This document shows positions 12,295-19,409 of a DNA stretch of 24,000 bases, in pieces. The notes under the pieces were generated by a model. The model was not told the origin of the DNA and did not search any database. It worked only from the letters and a program-made list of their open reading frames with translations. The first letter of the stretch is position 1, and each line of letters starts with the position of its first letter. This DNA is from Thermacetogeniaceae bacterium (GTDB lineage: Bacteria > Bacillota > DSM-12270 > Thermacetogeniales > Thermacetogeniaceae): contig JBEKFU010000027.1 in assembly GCA_050013155.1 (NCBI GenBank), positions 10,318 to 34,317 on the forward strand, in the 5' to 3' direction. The position numbers and the translations under genes are program-made.

Positions 12295-12939
12295 CTATTC
12301 CTGTTTGTTAACAAAGGTCAGGTTGCGGAGCAGCGGCTCATCGATCGGGATGTGCCCTGTCAGGGTGTCTTTCTTCTGGCCGCCAACCAGGATCTGCACC
12401 CGCTTCACGTTGTGGAACTCTGTCAGGGTGTCCACCAGGGCATAGACCGCCAGCGCCTCATCCTTGGGCCTGAGCTTGTCCTTGGCCACAGATCCCGCCA
12501 GGTCGACCACACAGGTGCCATTGGTCTTGATATTGACGCTGCGCACCTGCACACCTGCCGGGATGCTTGCTATGGCGTCAACACCCTGGGCAGGCCCCAG
12601 GCAGAGGGCGTCCACGATTTCCTTGGCAATCCCCGGCGCCTTGTCCACCTCAATGGTGGTGGGCACCAGGTAGCGGCCTTGCTTATCCTTGAAGTAGACC
12701 GTCACCTTGGTTTTTTCCACCTGGGGCGGCGGATTGCTCAGGCCTCCGGTGTTAAGGTCGGGCACGCCCTGGTCAACTGTTGGTTGTCCCTCCAACGCCT
12801 GCAGCTTTTCCGTCAGGTTGCAGCCTCCGCCCACTACCAGAAAAGCAGCCACCATGACGACCAGAAATACCAACCGCAGGTGAAAGAGGCGCCGCTCCTT
12901 TTCTTGCTCCTTCAACTTCTCAAAATTCCACACGTTCAC
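12295..12939 (-). CDS. gerM: GerM-like lipoprotein (GerMN domain; sporulation/germination)
   Basis: An N-terminal TM/signal segment ends in the lipobox-like VVGGGC. It is followed by VTVYF.D..G.YLVP....V....IAKE.V.AL..GP......IP.G....SV.I..G...VDL...... , which is typical of the GerMN domain. Confidence 0.75.
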   Translation of the reverse strand: MNVWNFEKLKEQEKERRLFHLRLVFLVVMVAAFLVVGGGCNLTEKLQALEGQPTVDQGVPDLNTGGLSNPPPQVEKTKVTVYFKDKQGRYLVPTTIEVDKAPGIAKEIVDALCLGPAQGVDAIASIPAGVQVRSVNIKTNGTCVVDLAGSVAKDKLRPKDEALAVYALVDTLTEFHNVKRVQILVGGQKKDTLTGHIPIDEPLLRNLTFVNKQE

Positions 12940-13002
12940 CTCTCCTTCCTTAATATGGTTTTTAATGTCTCATTAATCCTATGATGGAAGGAGGGGTTTT
13001 AT

Positions 13003-13284
13003 TCACAATATTTCAGTCTGGCAGGAGGTGATCTGGGCGTCCATCTGTTCCATGAACCGTACCACAGCGCCGAGCATCTGGTCGGCATGGGCGCGCTCGT
13101 TGCTGACACAGGCAAAGGCCACCGTTGACCGCTGCCACAACTCCTGCTGTCCCACCTCGGCAATGGAAACGTTGAAGCGCGCCCTGATCTTTTCGAGCAT
13201 GCTCTTGAGGACGCGCCGCTTATCCTTGAGAGAGTTCGCCTCTCCTATAAACAACTCCAGCGTGCAGAGGCCGATTACCGCCAC
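13003..13284 (-). CDS. DUF503 (YlxP-like) protein
   Basis: LELFIGEANSLKDKRRVLKSMLEKIRARFNVSIAEVGQQELWQRSTVAFACVSN matches the DUF503 pattern. GTG start has AGGAGG 10 nt upstream, overlapping the usp stop. Confidence 0.8.
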   Translation of the reverse strand: MAVIGLCTLELFIGEANSLKDKRRVLKSMLEKIRARFNVSIAEVGQQELWQRSTVAFACVSNERAHADQMLGAVVRFMEQMDAQITSCQTEIL

Positions 13285-13291
13285 CCCGGTC

Positions 13292-13708
13292 TTACCTCCT
13301 GACGACCATGACCGGGCAGTGGGCGTAGTGCACCACGTAGTCTGCCACGCTGCCGATCAGAATATAGGTGAGGCGGGAATAGCCGTGGGAACCGACGATG
13401 ATCAGGCTGGCGTCGTTCTCCTTCGCCCATTCGATGATCACTGTCCGCGGGCTGCCGCTCATCACCTCGCCGTCGACGTCGCTGACCCCGGCATCCCTGG
13501 CGATCTTCACCGCTTCGGCAACCGTCTGGGCGCCATCCTGTTCGAGGGTCTCCATGGCCAACTGCTGATAGGTGCCCAATTGAAAGGTGATGTGGGTATC
13601 CACAACATAGATGATTTTGAGGCGCGCCCCGGTCAGCTTTGCCAACATGGCGGCATGACCCACCGCCTTCAATGATGACGGCGAGCCGTCCACAGCAGTG
13701 ACAATCAA
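13292..13708 (-). CDS. Universal stress protein (UspA family). The 5' end is uncertain, with a possible frameshift.
   Basis: IVTAVDGSPSS..A...A..LA.....L.IIYVVD ... LIIVGSHGYS....ILGSVADYVVHYAHCPVMVV. The TTG 13708 start has no RBS, whereas a strong RBS plus ATG at 13734 lies in another frame. Confidence 0.8.
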   Translation of the reverse strand: MIVTAVDGSPSSLKAVGHAAMLAKLTGARLKIIYVVDTHITFQLGTYQQLAMETLEQDGAQTVAEAVKIARDAGVSDVDGEVMSGSPRTVIIEWAKENDASLIIVGSHGYSRLTYILIGSVADYVVHYAHCPVMVVRR

Positions 13709-13754
13709 CCTGTATCGTTAGCTTCTCCGGCCATAATCATTCCTCCTCGTTTTT

Positions 13755-13784
13755 ATTCTAAAAATAGTATTCGTGACTGATCAA
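13755..13784 (-). promoter_or_regulatory. Sigma-A-type promoter TTGATC - 18 nt - TAGAAT for the usp-DUF503 operon
   Basis: On the minus strand, -35 lies at 13784-13779 and -10 at 13760-13755, directly upstream of the AGGAGG at 13746-13741. Confidence 0.45.
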
Positions 13785-14084
13785 TTCAGGGAGAGTTGCT
13801 CATCGAAGCCGGCAAATCAGTTCAGTGCCGGGTACCGGGAGCTTTACATCCAGCATAGCAAAAACAGGACCGGTATCGCAATCAAAAATTGAAGTCAAGG
13901 CGTTCGGGCCGGGGCAGCAGGAGCCGCAGGCCCGAAATCGCCGTGTGCCCTGAATTTTTAACAGCACCGGGGCGCGAGAGCCAGCCCGATCCCAGGAGCG
14001 CCCAAGCAAAAAACGTGTTTTCGAAAAGGTTTTCCTGCGCCGGTAACGAATACAAGAACAAACATCACAACGGAGGTGGAAAGT

Positions 14085-14918
14085 GTGAAAATAGACGTCC
14101 ACGTTCACATCCTGTCGCCGGAGTTTATCCAGGACATCAAGCGGAACATGGAGCGGGACGCTCACTTCAAGATGCTGCACGAAAGCCCCAAATCGAAGTT
14201 TGCGACCGCCGAAACCCTGCTTGAGAACATGGAAAAGACCGGGATCGACAAGTCGGTGGTGTTCGGTTTCCCCTACCTCGATCTGGGAATGTGCCGGGAA
14301 AGCAACAACTACATCATCGATGCGGCCAGGCGCTACCCGGACCGCCTGATCGGTTTCGCCGTGGTCCCTCCCCTGGACCCGGGCATGGAACAGGAGCTGG
14401 TCCGCTGCCGCCAGGCCGGCCTCAAAGGGACGGGAGAGATCATCCCATCTGCAGTGCACGTCGACATTGCCGACCAGAGCCAGGTAGGGCGCTTCACCGC
14501 CCTCTGCCGGGAGTTGGACTTTCCCATCCTGATGCACACCAATGAACTGGTCGGCCACTACTACCCCGGCAAGGGCAAGATGGGGCCGGAACAGGCCTAC
14601 CAGTTCGCGGTCCAGAACCCGGACAACAAGATCATCTTCGCCCACTGGGGCGGCGGCCTGTTCTGCTACGAACTGATGCCCGAGCTGCGCGAATCCCTGC
14701 GCCACGTCTATTACGATACTGCAGCCTCGCCGTTTCTCTTCCGGCCCGACGTCTACCAGGCCGCCCGGCTGGCGGGAGTACTCGATAAGGTGCTGCTGGG
14801 CAGCGATTTCCCACTGCTCTCCCCCGCCCGCTACTACAAGGAATGGGCGGCCACCAGCATTACCGAAGAGGAAAAGGCCGGCATCTGGGGCGACAATGCC
14901 GCCCGGTTTGGGTTGTGA
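14085..14918 (+). CDS. Amidohydro_2 (PF04909-like) TIM-barrel metal-dependent hydrolase
   Basis: KIDVHVHIL (HxH metal motif), ..DKSVVFG...., PILMHT, FAHWGGG and LLGSDFP are characteristic. GTG 14085 has GGAGG 8 nt upstream; the track start 14076 lies inside the RBS. Confidence 0.8.
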   Translation: MKIDVHVHILSPEFIQDIKRNMERDAHFKMLHESPKSKFATAETLLENMEKTGIDKSVVFGFPYLDLGMCRESNNYIIDAARRYPDRLIGFAVVPPLDPGMEQELVRCRQAGLKGTGEIIPSAVHVDIADQSQVGRFTALCRELDFPILMHTNELVGHYYPGKGKMGPEQAYQFAVQNPDNKIIFAHWGGGLFCYELMPELRESLRHVYYDTAASPFLFRPDVYQAARLAGVLDKVLLGSDFPLLSPARYYKEWAATSITEEEKAGIWGDNAARFGL

Positions 14919-14960
14919 GAAGTGAGAGCGGGCGCCAGCTTGCGGGCGCGGTGAGGATGA
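14919..14960. repeat. Intergenic copy of GC-rich family B repeat immediately after the stop codon
   Basis: Contains CTTGCGGGCGCGG at 14939-14951, identical to 18523-18535 and to the reverse complement of 10109-10121. Confidence 0.6.
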
Positions 14961-15015
14961 TGCGCTGATGGCCGCACACTCGTGACTTAGGTCATGAGAG
15001 GTTCAAGCAAGGACA

Positions 15016-15046
15016 GGGGCCACGGAAAAACGTGGCCCCTTCCTGT
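15016..15046 (+). terminator. Hairpin GGGGCCACG-GAAAAA-CGTGGCCCC followed by TTCCTGT
   Basis: 9-bp GC stem at 15016-15024 / 15031-15039. The T-tract is weak. Confidence 0.5.
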
Positions 15047-15314
15047 ATGACGCATTTGTCTCTGCTTTCTGCTGGAGTTATTTTAAGTTAATTTTAGCAA
15101 TTACCTAGGACATTAGTAATATATAAATTAATTTCCTAACCCTACGTAAATTATGAAACTATTAGCAGGAAAGAGGAATCGCTTATCGAATCTTACGACT
15201 AAGAATGAATCAATTTCCAAAGGAAGAAACATTATCTAACTCTTATTTACAATGTACCTTTTTTAATCTTATATGCCAACTTTACGATTATTTGCCTTTA
15301 TGAGGTAAATTATC
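15047..15314 (+). promoter_or_regulatory. Strikingly AT-rich regulatory island upstream of the agr-type operon, with candidate promoter TTTACA - 18 nt - TATATG
   Basis: The composition shift is visible by eye relative to the flanking GC-rich DNA. -35 at 15246-15251 and -10 at 15270-15275. TTACGA-containing motifs recur at about 15203 and 15281. Confidence 0.35.
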
Positions 15315-15791
15315 ATGGCAAATGTAACGCTGTTAAATTCATTAATAGCCATGGTGCTGCAGGACTTTCCGGAGAGCCTGGTGGTCGCCATGCTGGCCTT
15401 CAGCCTGCTTAATTTTCGCTTCCAGGCTAAAAAGATTTTAACCGTCGCCGCCTTGCAGGCCGTCACCAACCAGTTGCAGCTTTTCAACATCAATTCCGGT
15501 GTCCACGTCGCCGTCATGGTCGTCTCCCTGGCCATCTACATCCGGGTCCTCGCCAGGCCCATCCTGAGCCGCTCCTTGCTGGCAGCCCTGATCAGTTACC
15601 TGGTTTTATTAATCGTGGAAGCAGCATCTGTCCCCCCGCTTTTAAAGATTATCGGATTGGCCTTACCTGCCGCTTATGCCAATCCCTTCCTGCGATCGGC
15701 ATTCACCCTGCCCTACGAGGTTGTCCTGCTGCTGGCGGCCTTGGCTAAGAACTACTACAACCGCAAGAGGGGGCTAATCGTTGAGACCTGA
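15315..15791 (+). CDS. Polytopic membrane protein (158 aa, ~4-5 TM), first gene of the agr-type operon. It is possibly an AgrC-like sensor module without a kinase.
   Basis: Hydrophobic segments run throughout. Its 3' end overlaps the agrB start by 11 nt. The N-terminus LQDFPESLVVAMLAFSLLNFRFQAKK recalls N-termini of AgrC-type sensors (weak recollection, not searched). Confidence 0.65.
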   Translation: MANVTLLNSLIAMVLQDFPESLVVAMLAFSLLNFRFQAKKILTVAALQAVTNQLQLFNINSGVHVAVMVVSLAIYIRVLARPILSRSLLAALISYLVLLIVEAASVPPLLKIIGLALPAAYANPFLRSAFTLPYEVVLLLAALAKNYYNRKRGLIVET

Positions 15792-16431
15792 GATCGTCCG
15801 GCCTGCCGCCGCCTACTTGAGGGAACAACTCGACCTGACCCCGGACCAGGAAGCGGTCGCGGTCTTCGGCCTGCAGACGCTCCTCTATCCCGCCCTGGAT
15901 TTCCTCTGTTTCTGCCTGGCAGGCTGGCTGCTGGGCTGCCTCGCCGCCACCGCCGTGGTTGCCCTGGCCACGTTTGTGCTGCGCCTTTTTGCCCACGGGG
16001 CGCACAGCAGGTCGCCGCTCACCTGCGCCCTGCTCGGTGTGATCGTGGTCCCGGCGCTCGGCAAGACAGCGGTACTCGCCGCCCCCCTTTTCACCGGCCC
16101 AGAATTAGCACTGGTTGTCACCCTCGGGTTCCTCGTCGTCATAGGCGCCGTCTGGCGCCTGGCGCCCGCCGATTCCCCCGCCAAGCCGGTCACCGCGGGC
16201 GAGGAGCGCCAAAGGCTGCGCCTCTACTCGCTCCTCGTCGTGCTGCTGATCACGGCCGGCCAGTCGGCGCTCCTGCTTACCGGGGCGCAGGCTTATCCGG
16301 TGGTGCTGGCCATGAGCTTCGGCCTCTGGTGGCAGGCCTTCACCCTGACGGGGGCCGGGCACCGGTTCGCCGTGCTGTTGGACGATGTCTTTACCAGAAA
16401 GGAGGGAAAGTTAGATGAAGCGTCTAATTAG
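15781..16431 (+). CDS. agrB: AgrB-family membrane peptidase, which processes and cyclises the AgrD propeptide
   Basis: LRLFAHGAHSRSPLTC aligns with S. aureus AgrB IRRHAHGAHAPSSFWC (catalytic His/Cys region). LAPADSPAKPV aligns with YAPAATKKKPI. The protein is multi-TM. TTG start has AGAGGGGG 7 nt upstream. Confidence 0.9.
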   Translation: MRPEIVRPAAAYLREQLDLTPDQEAVAVFGLQTLLYPALDFLCFCLAGWLLGCLAATAVVALATFVLRLFAHGAHSRSPLTCALLGVIVVPALGKTAVLAAPLFTGPELALVVTLGFLVVIGAVWRLAPADSPAKPVTAGEERQRLRLYSLLVVLLITAGQSALLLTGAQAYPVVLAMSFGLWWQAFTLTGAGHRFAVLLDDVFTRKEGKLDEASN

Positions 16432-16546
16432 TATCCTGTTGCCGTCTCTCTTCAGTGTTCTTGTCGCTGCAGCCCTGATCGGCGTCAAGCCAATGTGCGG
16501 TGTTTTTTTGTACCAACCTGAAGTGCCCGCCGTCCTGAAGAAGTAA
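16415..16546 (+). CDS. agrD: AgrD-type autoinducing peptide precursor, 43 aa: MKRLISILLPSLFSVLVAAALIGVKPMCGVFLYQPEVPAVLKK
   Basis: Below the ORF-track size cutoff. ATG 16415 has GGAGGG 8 nt upstream and overlaps the agrB 3' end by 17 nt. It has a hydrophobic N-terminal helix, a single Cys followed by 4 residues (CGVFL), then YQPEVPxxL. Compare S. aureus ..CDFIM-DEVEVPKEL. Confidence 0.8.
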   Translation: MKRLISILLPSLFSVLVAAALIGVKPMCGVFLYQPEVPAVLKK

Positions 16547-16583
16547 ACACTCAACACCGCAGCAATGGTCGCCCCTGACCCGC

Positions 16584-16626
16584 GGCGCCCAGGGCGATAC
16601 CCGTCTTGGGCGCCACCCTATTTTTT
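16584..16626 (+). terminator. Weak terminator-like hairpin GGCGCCCA...TGGGCGCC followed, after 6 nt, by TTTTTT
   Basis: 8-bp stem at 16584-16591 / 16607-16614. T-run at 16621-16626. Confidence 0.4.
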
Positions 16627-16627
16627 C

Positions 16628-16658
16628 TTGTCGGTCCCCCTGGAAGCCATGCTATAAT
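16628..16658 (+). promoter_or_regulatory. Extended -10 promoter (TTGTCG - 19 nt - TGcTATAAT) for the GGDEF/HD-GYP gene
   Basis: -35-like element at 16628-16633, TG at 16650-16651 and TATAAT at 16653-16658. Confidence 0.5.
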
Positions 16659-16715
16659 AGAAACAGGATTTAACAGCCATCTCGAGGCCATTCCGGGAAC
16701 GGCGGGGAAAGTAAG

Positions 16716-18383
16716 ATGCGCGACTGGGAAACCAAGCGAGCGAACGAGATTTCGGAAAACATCCTGGTCACCCACATCATCAGCCTGTTGATCTTCATGA
16801 TGATCATCTTCAGTCTTTTCGGCGCCCCGTTGGGACAGCAAATACAGATACAATACCAAACTACTATCATACTTATCATATTTTGCCTGGGAATAGTCAT
16901 TTATATCGCCCGCAAGCTGCTGGCCCGGTTCACCTTCATGGACCAGCCCCGCATCGACGAGATCCTGCTCCTGGCGATCACTCTCCCGATCACCTTCGGC
17001 TTCTTCTGGTACAGCAAGGGCTTTATCGGGGGCACGGTGCTGTTGATCATCCCGGCCATCATCACCGCCATCGCCTTCGGGAAGGTGGCCGGCGTCGGGG
17101 AGGCCCTGCTTTCCTGCGGGCTGCTCTTTCTATTGGACCACATTTTATATGGAACTATTCCGGCCGGGGCCTTCCAGGCCAACCTCATCATCACCGGGGT
17201 CACCACGCTCATGGCCTGGGTGGTGGGCGGCCTGATCGAGGTGGAGCGGCGTACCCAGCAGGAACTGCTCAAGCTGGCCGACTACGACCCCCTGACCGGC
17301 CTGATCAACTACCGCTTCCTGCAGGAGAGGCTGGCCGTCTCCCTGCGGCAGGCGGTCGCCGGGGCGTATCCGCTGTCACTGGCCCTGCTGGACATCGACC
17401 AGTTGAACTACTACAACCAGGTGTACGGCTACCAGAAGGGGGACGAGATTCTGAGGGTAATCGGCGGGCTGCTGCAGGAAGAGGTCCGGGAGCCCTGTTA
17501 CGCCGCCCGGTATGGCAGCGATGAATTCATGCTGGTGCTGCCGGGGCAGGATAAACCATCAGCCCGCAGGATCGCCGGAGGGATCACCGAAAAACTGGTC
17601 CGGCAGGCCACCGCAACGCTGCTGGAAAACCGTTCCACCGCCTCCTGGAGAGACTTCACCATCTCCACCGGCCTGGCCTGCTGCCCGGATGGCGGAAATG
17701 CCGTACTGCAGTTGATCCGGTCGGCTGAAGACGACCTGTTCAGGGTCAGGTACAGCAAAGCGGACTACATGTACCACTCCGTGGTCAGCGAGATCAGCAC
17801 CCTGTCGGTCAGGGACGCTTTTCCCACCCTGCATACCTTCATAACCATGATCAACTACAAGGACCGGTACACCCACGGCCACTCGGAACGGGTGATCGCC
17901 TACTCCCTGGCCATTGGGGATAGGCTTGGCCTGACCGAGTTCGAGATGGACATTCTCAGGTTCTCCGCCTACCTGCACGACATCGGGAAGATCGAGATCG
18001 ACAATTCAATATTGAACAAGGCCGAGGACCTGGAGGGGGACGAGTGGGATTTCATGATGAACCACCCGATCCACGGAAGCGAACTGCTCAAACCCCTGGT
18101 TGCCTACCTGCCGTTGGTCCCGATCATCCGTTCGCACCACGAAAACTACGATGGGTCCGGCTATCCGGATGGCCGCCGGGGCGAGGACATCCCCCTGCTG
18201 GCGCGCATCATCCGCATTGCCGACAGCTTCGATGCCATGACCACCTGTCGTCCCTACCGCCGGGCGATGATCCTGGACGAGGCCTGCGCAGAGCTGAAAG
18301 CTTACGCCGGCTCCCGGTACGACACCCAACTGGTATACATGTTCCTGGACATCGTGAAGAATATCTACCAGCCAGCCTGCTGA
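16716..18383 (+). CDS. Membrane-anchored (~6 TM) signalling protein with a degenerate GGDEF domain and an HD-GYP c-di-GMP phosphodiesterase domain
   Basis: Six hydrophobic helices span residues ~15-190. GGDEF fold: DYDPLTGL..YGYQKGDEIL..ARYGSDEFMLVL (GSDEF instead of GGDEF, no RxxD). HD-GYP: HGHSERV, YLHDIGKIEI, HHENYDGSGYPDG, RIIRIADSFDAMT..RPYR. Confidence 0.9.
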   Translation: MRDWETKRANEISENILVTHIISLLIFMMIIFSLFGAPLGQQIQIQYQTTIILIIFCLGIVIYIARKLLARFTFMDQPRIDEILLLAITLPITFGFFWYSKGFIGGTVLLIIPAIITAIAFGKVAGVGEALLSCGLLFLLDHILYGTIPAGAFQANLIITGVTTLMAWVVGGLIEVERRTQQELLKLADYDPLTGLINYRFLQERLAVSLRQAVAGAYPLSLALLDIDQLNYYNQVYGYQKGDEILRVIGGLLQEEVREPCYAARYGSDEFMLVLPGQDKPSARRIAGGITEKLVRQATATLLENRSTASWRDFTISTGLACCPDGGNAVLQLIRSAEDDLFRVRYSKADYMYHSVVSEISTLSVRDAFPTLHTFITMINYKDRYTHGHSERVIAYSLAIGDRLGLTEFEMDILRFSAYLHDIGKIEIDNSILNKAEDLEGDEWDFMMNHPIHGSELLKPLVAYLPLVPIIRSHHENYDGSGYPDGRRGEDIPLLARIIRIADSFDAMTTCRPYRRAMILDEACAELKAYAGSRYDTQLVYMFLDIVKNIYQPAC

Positions 18384-18386
18384 TTT

Positions 18387-18620
18387 GGGATGTGAGAGGT
18401 GAGATTTTTGTTGGCATTGGCGGAGGCATTGGCGGAGCTGACGTGCAGGCGGCGCACGGCCACCTTGATTGCGAGCGTAGCGAGCCGGGTGCCCTCTGGG
18501 CGCGGAGGACCCGGCACCGCCGCTTGCGGGCGCGGCGCCCCGGGCACCCGCTGGGTGGGGCGGAGCATGAGGCGAAGCCTCATAGCCTGCCAATGCCTAT
18601 TAATCCCACTTCCCACTTCT
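18387..18620. mobile_element. MITE-like, non-coding palindromic element (~234 bp) with ~40-bp imperfect terminal inverted repeats; it fills a convergent intergenic gap
   Basis: The left end is GGGATGTGAGAGGTGAGATTTTTGTTGGCATTGGCGGAGGC. The reverse complement of the right end is GAGAAGTGGGAAGTGGGATTAATAGGCATTGGCAGGC. The interior is self-complementary (CCGGGTGCCC/GGGCACCCGG) and carries the family B 13-mer at 18523-18535. No ORF with coding character. Confidence 0.55.
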
Positions 18621-18626
18621 CAAAAG

Positions 18627-18953
18627 CTAGCCATGTAGCACGAAAACCCCCGTCACGAGCAGACCCCCGAACCAGGAATAAACGAACAGACTCAGATAGT
18701 AGATGAAGGTCTGGGCAGCCACCAGCAGGGGCAGGTTCTTGACAGTCTGGTGCGCCTGCACAAAACTCATTCCCAGGGCGGTGTTGGCCAGGAAGATCAG
18801 GGGCAAGACACAGAGGTTGTAGCGGACCACCGCCGCGCCCACCAGGACGGGCACACTCCCCGGCGATATCAGCTTTACCTGCAGCGCCAGTAAAAAAGAC
18901 AACACGACAGAACCGAACACCAGCAAAATCGCCGACAGGACCAACCCGATCAC
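18627..18953 (-). CDS. Small 4-TM membrane protein (108 aa); SMR/EamA-half-like size and topology, function unknown
   Basis: Four hydrophobic segments. No conserved SMR Glu in TM1. Coding is assumed from length and hydrophobic periodicity. Confidence 0.55.
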   Translation of the reverse strand: MIGLVLSAILLVFGSVVLSFLLALQVKLISPGSVPVLVGAAVVRYNLCVLPLIFLANTALGMSFVQAHQTVKNLPLLVAAQTFIYYLSLFVYSWFGGLLVTGVFVLHG

Positions 18954-19065
18954 TCCTCCGGTGCTATTACTGCATCCAACCTTTTACCGCTGTAGACCTA
19001 TTGTAGCAGTAGCCACTCCCAGCAGACAAGCAGCCATGATGCGCCAATGCAAACTTTATCACAGA

Positions 19066-19200
19066 CTAACCCGCTCTAATACCCCCGCTTCTTTGAAGCG
19101 GCGGGCGCCCGTATCCGGGCTAACGCCCGGCCTGAGAGAAAACGGGCACACAGGTAAGAGCGGATAAGTCTCCGATAACGAGGAAGCTAAGAACTCAGTT
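19066..19200 (-). repeat. Composite GC-rich repeat (family A), short variant, inverted relative to the 1087-1348 copy
   Basis: 19094-19161 is 67/68 identical to the reverse complement of 1163-1230. The end segments also match. It lacks the inner hairpin and the 93-nt block of extra units present at 1231-1323. Confidence 0.85.
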
Positions 19201-19346
19201 GATGTTAAAACTGCCATAATAAGCAATAGAAACAATTGCAAAGCATTGGACGGGAACACCATAAAATGGTACACTGGATTTACAAATAATTAACAATAAA
19301 ACAATAATAAAACAATAATAAAAAGCTGCGGACATTTAGATACATA

Positions 19347-19355
19347 TGGTAAAAT
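19347..19355 (+). promoter_or_regulatory. Candidate extended -10 promoter TGgTAAAAT for the radical SAM gene
   Basis: Located in an AT-rich tract 55 nt upstream of the TTG start. Confidence 0.3.
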
Positions 19356-19409
19356 ACTACTAGGATATTACCTGGTAATAAGTGCAGGCAAACCAAAGGA
19401 GATGGGATC

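Noticed and set aside
1348-19066. Interpretation of the repeat-bracketed 17.7 kb as a composite transposon or genomic island
   Set aside because: The interior carries core housekeeping genes (murI, fumarase, gerM). No transposase, integrase or tRNA target is present. The same repeat family also occurs inside (12.2 kb) and outside (21.4 kb) the segment.
19293-19324. AT-rich microrepeat AACAATAA(T)AAA x3 upstream of the radical SAM gene
   Set aside because: Short, low-complexity AT repeat in a promoter region. There is no evidence that it is more than compositional. The overlapping 98-aa minus ORF (19280-19576) is implausible because it runs antisense into the rSAM gene start.
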